A stretch of DNA of 64,000 nt, from contig JAYWIR010000011.1 of assembly GCA_036172245.1 (NCBI GenBank), positions 4,278,001 to 4,342,000 of the forward strand. Direction: 5' to 3'. Both the position numbers and the translations under genes were made by a program. The first letter of the stretch is position 1, and every line of letters starts with the position of its first letter. Under the pieces are notes generated by a model, which was not told where the DNA came from, did no database searches, and saw only the letters and a list, made by a program, of their open reading frames with translations. Source of the DNA: Raillietiella orientalis (taxonomy: Eukaryota). Positions 39,651 through 51,600 of this stretch are shown piece after piece.

Positions 39651-42600
39651 TGTTGTGGAGACATTCATGTGTTTAGTAATAACACATGTTGACGTTCGAA
39701 GCTGTTAAGAGCAAAATGTGTGATTTGCTGCACTTCCAGAGTTAGTCATACAGCTCCAAGAATTGCTTTTGATGTTAGACCGTTGTGATGTTTTCCACAG
39801 TTTCCACGATTAACAAAATCGTATAATAAGTTTGTTTTGCCTTATAACATTCGAGCAAGTTTATAGCGGCATTTGCACAAATGCATAATTTTCTGGTCCT
39901 TGCCCCAAAGTCGATGTTTTATATCTGTAAGTTCATGCTTGCAAAGCGTTTTGCCATTCTTGCATCATTGTGTTTCGACAATGCAGTTTTTGTGAACCTT
40001 GCAAGTGCATCAAGTATAACGATTCAATTCTTTTGATGGTATCCGAAAGTAGGAAACTGATTTTAAAGCGTTCCAGAGACCCAAAGTATCAGTTCTGAAT
40101 GAATGAATGAATTGTTGAAGTTAATGTTAAGGTGCCTCTCAAGTAGTGGTTGTATGCCTTCACACACTGTAGGGTCAAGAATGAATACTTTTTAAGCCAG
40201 CATTTGCCCACAGATGAACACCCACGAACCAGTTGTTTTGTACTAGTTGTTTTTCTGTATGGTTTTATAGTGGTTTCAGCATATGTATACTCAATACTTT
40301 TTCTCAGACCTTTTACAATTGACGTAATTAGCCTTAATTTTCCAAAAAATTCTCAATAATCACGGTATTCTCCCTTAAGGTTAAAAAGAAATGATGTGAT
40401 AACTAGAACCTCTTATTTGATGTGCTCAGGAAATTTTCATCAATTTAAGTGTTTGATCATTTAGATTGTTATGTGAATATGTTTTTTTTGTTGTGATTAT
40501 GAATCAGATCTATGATTCCTAAACTAATTTACTTTTTTTATCCCTTAATTTACCAGGTCCAGTTTGTGTGAATGATCTTGCTTGTATTGTGAATGTTATT
40601 TGTATTCCGGATTGCAAATTTTTTAATTATATTTAAATGATGAATAGACTTGTGCGTAAGTTATTATTTGGTTAAAATAACCTTGTGTTTTAAAATGATG
40701 CTAATATTCAGTTAAAATAAATTAATATCTGATTTTAAGGTGATCTGACTTAAGTCATAGGTATTTTGGATATGTACACTTTGTGCTTGGCAAATAGTAA
40801 AAGTGCATAAGCATTTATGTGGAACTGTTGCCATGATACATGCCATGATACTCAAGGCATACGATTTTCATTTCTTGTGTACTCCAAGTGGTTATTTTGA
40901 AAATGTTTCATTAATTATGAGGTTCAAAATTTGAAATGTGAAGAGAAATGAAGACGTTCATTCTTCTATGCCTTCTCCATTTCATGTTATTCAGAGCCAG
41001 CAATACATATATGTGACATATATGGACATATAGCATTGATTGTCAACTTGAGAGATGCAGGGAGGCCTTGTTGTTTCTAAAGCTTAAAACCAGTATCTAA
41101 AAATAATGAATTGGAACAAAAAAACATTGTCAAATTAATTTGTTTGCAGAAAAAGATTCCATAGATTTATCTATAAAAATGATCATTGTAAGGTTGCATT
41201 CATTTTGCCTGCTATTAACATGGCAAGTTTTACATGTTATTTGTGAAGATATAAGTGGTGATGTCTTTGGAAACCTCAGAAATTTCATTCCGGTTGCATT
41301 TGGTGATTTTAATGGAGATAAATTAACAGATCTGTTTGTTCTTACTTTGGATCATAGAATGCTTAGAATTCTGCTTGCCATAGAAAAGGATATTTTGATT
41401 GGTCCACAAAATATTGAGCCATATTTTCAAGATAAATTAAACATTAATTGCAGTGTTAATTTTAATGAGATTGACAATGTTACTCCAGCAGACTTCAATG
41501 GTGATGGGGCTCTTGATGTTATGATTTCAGTCAAAAACAAGGATGTTACTGATATTTATGTATTTTGGGGAAATTTGACTTACCTTGATTGTAGAGATGT
41601 AAACCAGCCATTGTTTAATGTAACAGGACAGCCATTTGTATTTGACTACAATTTTGATATGATACCAGATGTTTTGGGAGAAAATACTTTTGGGCAAAGA
41701 TATGTCTGGATGTTTCATAAAACCAAGACTTTTGAGGTCATCCAGTATGAATGTTCTTCACAAGACTCTGATTCAGTAACTCCATTCAACAAAAATTATT
41801 CACATGCCTTTATTGATTATGATGGTGATTTATCTGCTGACCTTGTGTTGACAGTTGAAACAGGCTTTGAAATATGCTTGTCAAAAGCTTCAGCTTGGAT
41901 AACTGTACCATACCCCCAAGAGTCAGTTATTAGGGGACAGTCATTGTTCATTGATATCGATATGGATGGAAGAATTGATCATCTGCTCCCAGTGTGTTAT
42001 GATGAATACTGCAGAGATTCGTCACTATTGCTGTTTTATGGAAATCATTGGATTAAGCTGAATATCAGTCTGACTGATGAATGGGGAAATCATTGGAAAT
42101 TTAATGATACCAAAAGCAATGGAGGACTTATTATTAGATCTGGTGACTTTGATTTGGATGGTTATCCTGATTGTCTTATGACTTTCAGTTTAACAAATGA
42201 TACCGTTGATAGTAAAAATCTATGCAAAGTGGTTTTGTTGCATAATGTAATGTGCAGGGACAATTGCTTGTTTAGTCGTACATTTGAGGTTCAGTGGACT
42301 GCTTTTGAGGAATTTGGAGATACAGTCTTGGGTGCATTTTTTGATGTTCATGAAGATGGATTACTTGAAGTTCTCTTATTAAGGTATTTGAAACATGGCA
42401 ATACTGAAGAAAGATACAATCTTGCAGCATATCGTGGGTGTTCAATAGATGATAGCAATTTTATTAAAGTCATGGTGTCAACAGGTGTCTGCTATGCCGA
42501 TTGTTTATTTCATCATGTGCCATATGGAACTAATCAGTATGGATCTACCATATGTTATAAGACAGTAGATCAAAATGGCGAGTTGCAACAGTCATGTGCT

Positions 42601-45600
42601 GGACAACTTTATCAGAATGCATATTTATCTTTGCAATTACCATATCACCTTTTTGGTCTAGGACGAACACAAAATTTTGTTGATTCATTGCAGATTGGTC
42701 TTCCTTATAAATCATATGACAGAAGTCGATCATGGATGCAAATTATACCAAATTCACAAATGGTCATTTTTCCATATCCTATTGACCAATCAGTGTATTG
42801 GTTAAACAAGTTGTTCATTACACCAAGACATTCAGTGTTGCTTATTTTGTGTTTCCTAATTGGAACATGTTTTATGGCATGGATTGTTGTTGCTGTTTTG
42901 CATTTACGAGAAAGAAGAATCGATAGAAAAGAAAGATTCTTGGAAGCCTATAGATTTCATTTTGATGCTATGTGATAGTTTACAAAATAAATGAGCAAAT
43001 TAACTAATTTATTTATTTGATTATTTATACTGCATATCTTTAATGAATGTAATATTCACTATTAAATGCACTTAAACAGATCGAACCTTGCAAATGAATA
43101 AATTACTTCTGTTCATTAAGATTCATATTATGTTCACCAGTATTATGTTCACTGCAATTTTTTATTGGTGAATAAGAAAAAAACATTTCCACCAAAAAAA
43201 ATTCTTCGGAGGCTTTTGTAAATCTCAAAGATTTCAAGCCATTTTGGGTTTTTATTTTATAACAGTTGTCATTATCTTTCAGAAATCTGTGCAACCTTGT
43301 ACCAAATTAGTTCAACATAAATTCTCAGTGTAGGCAGAATCCTGAACTGTTTTATAAACTAATAATGAAAAACTCTTTAATGATTAGTTTTTTAAATTGT
43401 ATATTGATATTGTACAGAATTTTTTTAACTATATATATTTTCATTTTGCAGAAATGAAATGCCAGTTTTTATTCATTCCCAAACTGATTCATTAGGAATC
43501 CATCGTGTTTTTAAAAATAGTCCTTTACAATTGAGTTCTTTTTTGGATAAGTATGTATTAATCGAGCTGTTTAATTCAGCAGTATATAGAGGTTGGATCT
43601 ACACAGTTGATCCTGTTAGTGAAAGTGTTGTTTTGCAAAACATAGAAGATGGTCAAATTAAAGTGATTATTATTTCTGGTGTTCATATAAAAAAATTGGA
43701 AATTCTTTCGGAAAATAAAGAAATTTCTCAAATCCATAAATCTTTGTTCCGATGTGAGTCATCTATGCCCTTGACTGATGAAAACTTGAAGATGAGGAAG
43801 TGTGAAATCATACATGCTTTTGAAAAACATAAGATACCTTTAATAGACAATGGTATTAATTTATATGTTAATGAAGACAACTTTATTCAGCCCCCTTATC
43901 AATCTGACAGTTGTGTGTGCACCAATGAAATAATTCTCGAAAGAATTCAAAAGATTTTGGCATCCATCAAGTAGACTGTATTTGCAATCAGTAATACTAA
44001 TAAAACTTGTCATCATGCTGTAATGTAATCTTGCTCATGTTATTTGAAACACACTGTGCAAACTGTGCAAATATTTCATTAACATGTTATAAAATGGTAT
44101 AAATAAATCTTTAATATGTAATAAATCAACTTTTGTGATGCCAAAAAATTCTGTTTGCATTTCTAGTGTATTTAATCATTGCATACTCGACTTGAAGTCC
44201 AGCTTTGACTCTTAGCTATAAAATATTAAACTGTTTCCTTTTAAAGTGCACATTTTGAATTAATCGCAAGTGCATCTGTCAAATCTGTATAAAAATTCAA
44301 TATGCAAATGAAATTTCCATAAAATCCCAAATTTCCAAACATAAAACCAAAATTTTTAATGAATTTTCTCTTAATTTATCAACATAAATGCATCATACTA
44401 TACATTGAATCTTTTGAAAAAAAAAAAGTAATGCTTCCACTTGGCTTGACCACATTTTCTCTGAACAGCTTGGTGATTTTTTTAATACCACCATCATTTG
44501 AAACTATAAAATATGAAATGCTTTTGTTCCGAAATCTGATCATCATTTCTTTTAAACAGAATCCGACTTACAGGAGTGGCTTTATTGCATTTTGGGGGAT
44601 GTTTTGTACTCCAAGTTTGTTTATGTTTACTCCATTTTTAAGACTAATTGTGTATAAAAGTGTGATTTGATTGTTGCTGTTGATGTTAAGAGTACAAGTA
44701 GAACTTAAGTGTATTAAAATATTTTATCTTTAGAAGTTAATATTTTCATCATTGTCAAAGCAAAATGGGATTAGATTATGGAATAATGTCATCCCACCTT
44801 CAAAAATGGTTAATCCAGTGTATGATTCAGAGTATACAGGTATTTACCAAAAAATTCAATTTCAAGAACTAAGTGCATTTGTTTCAGATTTAGTTTTCTA
44901 GTTTTTCATGATTTTATCAAAAGGATTATATTATAATACAATTATTAATGTTTCATTAATTGATGCTTATATTTACCATACATGCCTATTTTACATTTAG
45001 CCTTATCAGTAAGAAAATATTGAATAAATGGATTTTAAATATTAATTACTTTTCGTTGTATCCAATGCAGAAGAGTAAAAAAAAAAAAGTAGTGAGGATT
45101 CTGTGAACCAAAACTTTGTAGTAGTAATGACATCATGCATTTTATAATTTTTATATGGCTTCTGGTAATGCAAATTTATCATTAATTAAAAATACTGGTG
45201 TGGCTGAGATCAAAATATATTCATCTCAAAATCTCATTGCAGATTCTTAAATTCATTTTATATAAACCAGACTCAGAAAAATTGTAGACCCCAAATTTCC
45301 ATGTTAACTTTAGCATAATTCTAATATCTGTTCCGTCTGTAATCATTTTGTTAATGACATCAGATAGGTTAGTTTGCTTTGTGATTTTAATGCACATGTA
45401 ATCTCATATACTGGAAAACTAGTTATTCCTCAGTGAATTAAAAAAAATTCCTTTTTTAATGTCTGAGGAAGAGTTTAATCAAAGTGTGGTAAATAATTTC
45501 TCATTTTAACAAACTGACATCTAAAAGCGAGTTAACTGTTGATTTTTATAGTATTTATTTGGCTTCTGTTGAATAAGTGACCACTTATCAAGTTTCAGGA

Positions 45601-48600
45601 AGGAGAATTAAAATGAACTTCCTGAAATTAGATTTTAATATGAAAAGCCATGAAAGTGGAGCCTATTACAGTTTACAATAACTTTTAATGTCCTACATAT
45701 ATTTGAATATCTTCAAATAATTTGAATATCTTCAAAAATTGTTGTATTAAGCTTTTTCCAGGATTGTTCTTACCTCTAACTTGGTTTTATTATGAATGAT
45801 CGACCTATCAATTTTGTGATCAAAGCAGATAATTTTTTGTAACCTACAGTGCACTCTTTTCTGTTCAGGCTGTAGTTTGGAGGAACTCTTATCGTTGCCA
45901 CAGATTAATAGACAAGAAAGCTATAAAGCTATGCTGGATAGAACAATTATTCCACAGCTGAAAAGTGGTGAAGAGACATTCAGGTGGTATAAGAGTGTTT
46001 CCTGGTCACCTAAGGGAGTTGGAAAATTAAACAGGTACAAGATATGTTTTCATAAGAAAATATAGGTTATTTTAAAAATATAGGTTATCATATATTATGA
46101 ATTATAAAATGTACTGCTCTCAAAAAAATTGCATTTTAAGTTAAGTGAGGTTTTCAGTTTGTATTAGCATATTTATTCTTGATTCTATGTTTATTTTTAT
46201 TATTCCAGATGGCCTTCATTGCACATCTTGTTTCAGTATTTAGGCCATTCTTCAAAGAATGGTTTGTCACGCGTATGTTTTTATTTTACTTGTTAAATTT
46301 CGTCTTTATTATTAGTGAATTGGCTCAATGAATTGACTAAATTAACTGTGAAATTATGTTTATATGGATGCAGTAATGCCATGTTGATATTTCATGTTAT
46401 ATTTTTGTTTGCAGTTGTCTTTTAGCTTCTGTGACATTTGATCACTGGTTAGTTCTATGGGAGTGGAATGAAAGAAAATGGGAATTAGTATATGATCTGT
46501 CACAGAAATGGCTTCATCATTTATTAACTACTACTGAATTTAACATGCCTGCTCTACAACCTGTTACTTTTCCTGATTACTTAGCAAAGTTTAAGAAAAG
46601 AACATATTTGTTAAGTTTCCAAGGTATCAGATAAAAATAAAAAAGGTTTTTTATATTAAGTGAAAATTAACTCAATAACTAAAACTGTTTTCACAATTAA
46701 CACAAAAGATAAGTAAGATCGTAACAATCTTTTTGTTTAATAAAAGGAAAATATAATTTCCCTTTTATAAAACGGAAGCTTCTTTATTGAAATATGTTTC
46801 TATACTTGTGCCATTAGAAATTATTTTAAGATTAAAAGTTTTAAGCAGTAGTTTTTAGTTATGGAAGCACATGCTTAAGTTTTGATTTTTTTTATTTTGT
46901 TTCTAATAGATAATTTTTGTTATTGATGATGTGATCACTTCATCATTTTTATATCATTGTTTTTTTTGTCATGTTTATATTAATATAATGCTCGTATGCT
47001 GCTAATATTTTCGTTCTTCCATTTCAACATTTATGCTCAGCTACTCAAAATTTCAGTTTAGTAGGAAAGCTCTATTGCTTTGCTGTGAATAACGTGACAA
47101 AAATAATGACCAGTCTTGATTTTAAGAACACTTATCCTTGAATTCCTTTGGTTTAGATTTCTGTATTCTACTGCATTTGTTTGCATTTGTCATAGGTTGC
47201 ACGTGTATGTAAAGTTTTCTGATTGCATAACATTAAGACTTATTGCAATAATGGGTGTGGACAAACGTTCTGAAGCATTAAATCAATGAACATTAATTAC
47301 ATTAAAAATGAAAAAAAATAATACCCGTCCTTATAGTTTGTATCATTTGCAAAATTAGACAAAGAATCTCATGTTTGCACAAATTAATTCATGGTAGTAC
47401 ATAGTTTGAGTTCAAATTATATTTTATTGTGATAAAAGAAAATTCCTAAGCATTAATTTTCATCATCGACGAATTAGAAATGAAGATTCTCTTATTAGGT
47501 TTCTTTATCATGAAAAGTTTCCAGCTTTTACTGACACAAATAATTGTAACGAAAACAGTAATAGCATTGCATAATGGAAATCTGTTGATAACAGTGTGTT
47601 CCAGACTACTTACATTGCATTTTGAATTGATTTAATTCTTCATCAGAATATTTTAACCAATTTTATTTTCTTGTGCTAGAAATATGTTGGAGTCATCTAT
47701 TCGAAGATGATAGAAATGATTTTTTTTCCTTGCTGTTCTGTTCCACGAAGTTTGCTAACGTCATAATTTGGAAAGTTGAATCTTCTGTTGTCATATCTTT
47801 ACAGTCTGTTTTGGATTTTGATGATCAAATAAGTACTTTGTCTTGGTGCAAACTAAATAATGCTGAAGGTATTATAAATTTAGCTAAAAGCTGGTGTTTC
47901 AAATGTTGTTTTTTAAGGTTTTCTTTTAATTGGGCACCTCTCAGGTCAAGTAAATATGTATTATGTGAATGCAGTCAACAATGAAGTCATTTTGAAGTCT
48001 TTAAATCCGGTTTGTTTAGAGAATGATCTCCTTAAAGTTTCCCATATTCTCTGTAATGTGGTGGAAATGAGACCATTAACCCTGAATGCTGTAATTTGTA
48101 AACGAAATGTTCTGCTTTCTTTGGTTTTATCCATCGATATTTGCAAAGGATCTGCAAAAATGATCTCAACAACACACGTTTTCATTAATGGACTAAACGT
48201 TGCAGGTGTAAAAATAAGCTTTTGTTTTTTTTAATAACTAGGAATTTTATCATATTTGGATAAATGCTTATAACATATCAATTTCTGTTTCTATTTATTG
48301 TGCCTTAGTGTTTCTCATATGGAAATTACATAAAAATTTCGGAAAAACATGCATTTTTTTCCGTTTAATAATCATCTAAATACGTTGAAAGGTTAGAATT
48401 CATTATGATCGAAGTTTTTTATTTTTTTTAGGTATAACAAGAATGTATGATGGCAATTTCTTAGTTGCATCTCAGAATGGATATCTGTCTAGAGTTGGTG
48501 TAGATTATAACTCTGGGAACAAAATTTCTAAGGAGAATATAGATTTCCCCAAAAAGTTTTCAAAATCACTTTTTTTTGGATTAGCAAATTCACCAAATCA

Positions 48601-51600
48601 GATATTATGGTGTTTGTCAGAAGCGTAAGTATTTCATGAACAATTTTTTTTCATATCCAAAGTACATAAATTATACCATCCTCAATGCGAAATACATTAT
48701 TTTGTTAAAACTATTCTTTGCATGTTTAAATAACCACGAACAAAGCATCTACAAACCACAAAAGCTTTTATTTTCAAATTCCGTTTTGTTGAAAGGGGAA
48801 AAGAATTGATGTGGGAGAGATCAGAACGTATTGAATGATTCCTTATAGTTATGTTTTCTTATATGTGTGCAGTTCTAATTTTCGCAAAGGGATATGAAAG
48901 AGAAATTCTTTATTATATAAGAATTTTCTTTCTAGGAAGTAATCCCCCCAAGTCTTAATTTATTACGTTATTTCATGGTTGTATGCTAGAAGTTTTGCAG
49001 GAAACCTTGAGAATATTGTTATTTTTCTGGTGAAATTAAAATCATTGCTACCCCTCACATCAGTATTTGATCAGTCTTGAATTTCTAGATTTTCAGAAAA
49101 TAAAATGTGGCTTTTCTATGAGGGGCAGATTTATTAAAAGTTTATGGCTGAACAAATAGAAGTTGAATTAAAATTTTCGAATGTGTTTGGAAGTATTACC
49201 TAATTTTGATTCTTTTGAGCAAGTTTGACACCTAAATTGTGCCTAATTTTGAATTCAAATTCAAAACATTTATTTGATCAAGGGAAACTAGGAACAATGT
49301 TAACAGAATCCGGTAAAGTAAAACGTGTATATTTAGGAAGAAAATAGCACTTGATACCTAAAAAGTAAACTGAAAAAGATGGGTGAATGCTTATGTGGTG
49401 GAAATTAATCTTTTGAGATATCATGTTTTTCAATCCTCAGTTTGGTATACAGTTTAATTAAGCTCCTTTGCATATGCAAAATGAGATTTGTTGGATTATT
49501 CATATTCTCAGTATTTGGTAAGTTTGTTATGGAAACATGCCATTAAATTGAAAAATATTCTAAGCTTTAAAGTCTAAACAATGTTTTTTTGTGTGATTTA
49601 TATTCTTCTGTTTTTTATTATTGTTTTCTATTCTTATTGTTTGTTTATTATGGTTTTTGAGGAAGATCAATTTTAAATATTGTTCAATAAATTTTGTTAT
49701 ACATTCCTTGAGTTTAATAGTACTATTGTCATAGCCGGAAAAATTTGGAATTAAAAACGAAAATGAAAATAATATGTATGAAGTTTGTTGATGAATCTGG
49801 ATCTACAGGAAACTGAGATAGTCAGAAAAATGTGTTGAGCAAACAATTGTTAGTTAGACATTTCTTCATTAGTTGCATTAAATGTATTTACCTAAAAGGA
49901 GGATTATATGTTAATTTGTTATCTAAAGTATAGGTTGCATGTCAAATCATTTGATTTTGAGAGAACCAACATCAGCTACGTTCTTCGTGTATCCGGATCC
50001 CCAGATTGCATTTGATAACTTGTATGAAATCTCATCCTTGAGAATAATGAATAATGTGGATATTTTGGAAGCTGTGAGGTATATTTGAATATTTTATCTT
50101 ATAGATTTTTAGTTTTTAATTTCAAGAATTTATGGCACCAATATTAATATCGAAAAAATGTTTACTGTAATTGAAAATCCAAAATCTGTTCCAACAAATA
50201 TGTTACAGTTATGTTGGTGGAGCATTAATATAGCTTTACATACCATGCATATCGATGACAACGTTGCTGAAAAATTGGTTAGTATATAGATAGATTCTTT
50301 TTTCTTTCTCTCATAACACAGTTGATAAGCAATCAGCGGACAATACTGTAACAAGAGATATGTTTATTTATTGATAGTTTATCGATTATGAATATTGGCA
50401 TTTCTGCAAATATTTTCCTTAAATAATTTCATGTTTTCAATTTTAGAAATGATGATTGTGAATCATTGTTATTCTTAATTGAATTCTTTATGATAGTTCA
50501 TGTAAAGTCTAATAATTGATGTTTTTATTCAGTAAGTCATTTGATGTATTTTTTTTGTTTTTTCCAGAAAAGTGGATGCATCCAATTACAAAATCAAATA
50601 TTCCTTAATCACAGAATTTCATATGCAAAGGAAACATTTCTGAAATCATTAAATACACAACAAAGGAATTCATGTTTACTCGTGCTAAAATGGCTTTTGA
50701 AAAATCAAGATCTGCTTTCTGAAGAGCAGATGGGCTTTCTGCAACGTATGGAAAATCAGCTCAATTCAGATTTGCCATCATGCGTGGACATTTGTTCAAT
50801 TTGTGGAGAAAATATCCTTTTATGATTAACTATTTAAGAATCAAATTAATTATTTGACAGTTGAATCTGCGTAATTTTTATAGGACTGTTTGATTTTATT
50901 TAAAAAGAACTTCAGTTGGAAGCATGGTTGTAGAAGTTTAAATGTCCAGTGTTTTTGGAATTTTATCAGTTGCTTATAATAAATATAGTAAATTTTAATG
51001 AATTTTATACACTGTTGGCTTACATTAAATAATGAATGTTTGTGTCAGTTCTCGTACTTTGTGACAAGTATCATAGTTTTAACAAAATGTTAAACAGTAA
51101 TTCCTTTAATCACAATTTATGTAAATATTTTAATATCAGCTTGGAGCTCATATGACATTATAGGAATATATCTGGTGTTTTATTTACACGAGACTTTTGT
51201 TTATTGTTTTAATGTTACATCCCATTATCAGTACTGATTTTTAGAATTGAATTATACTTGCCTTCATGTTTTCAGAGAAGTCTCGTTTAATCTAAAGCCC
51301 CTTTTGTTTCAAGTGAATCCACAGTATTGGTCCTTTGTATTCATAATTTAAAAAAAAATCCCATAGCTGTTGAGTATGTTGCACTTTGTTTCGTAACGAT
51401 TGTCAACCTTAATTGATAGTTTACAAATTCCCATTATTGATGTTACATTTGGTGCCTGTCCAAATGACCATAAGTTTCCACGTTGCAGTCAGACAATGCT
51501 TCTTTGCGATACAGTTCCATACTATCGCTGTTCATCTTGTGGTGCATATGCATGCAATCTGCAAGGTATGATTTTTTTTAATTTTTTCATGACGAAGTAT

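Noticed and set aside
40541..40556. Second U12 branch site (TCCCTTAATTTACCAG)
   Set aside because: Too close to the AG and no upstream RTATCCTT donor was found; at most a U2 acceptor of a UTR exon.
41140..41178. ITFG1 start at TTG 41140, as in the ORF track
   Set aside because: It is a non-ATG start overlapping a splice acceptor; ATG 41179 gives a proper signal peptide.
45762..45840. GTF3C4 exon after TTTTTCCAG
   Set aside because: There are stops in all frames; exon 44734-44839 supplies the needed phase and sequence.
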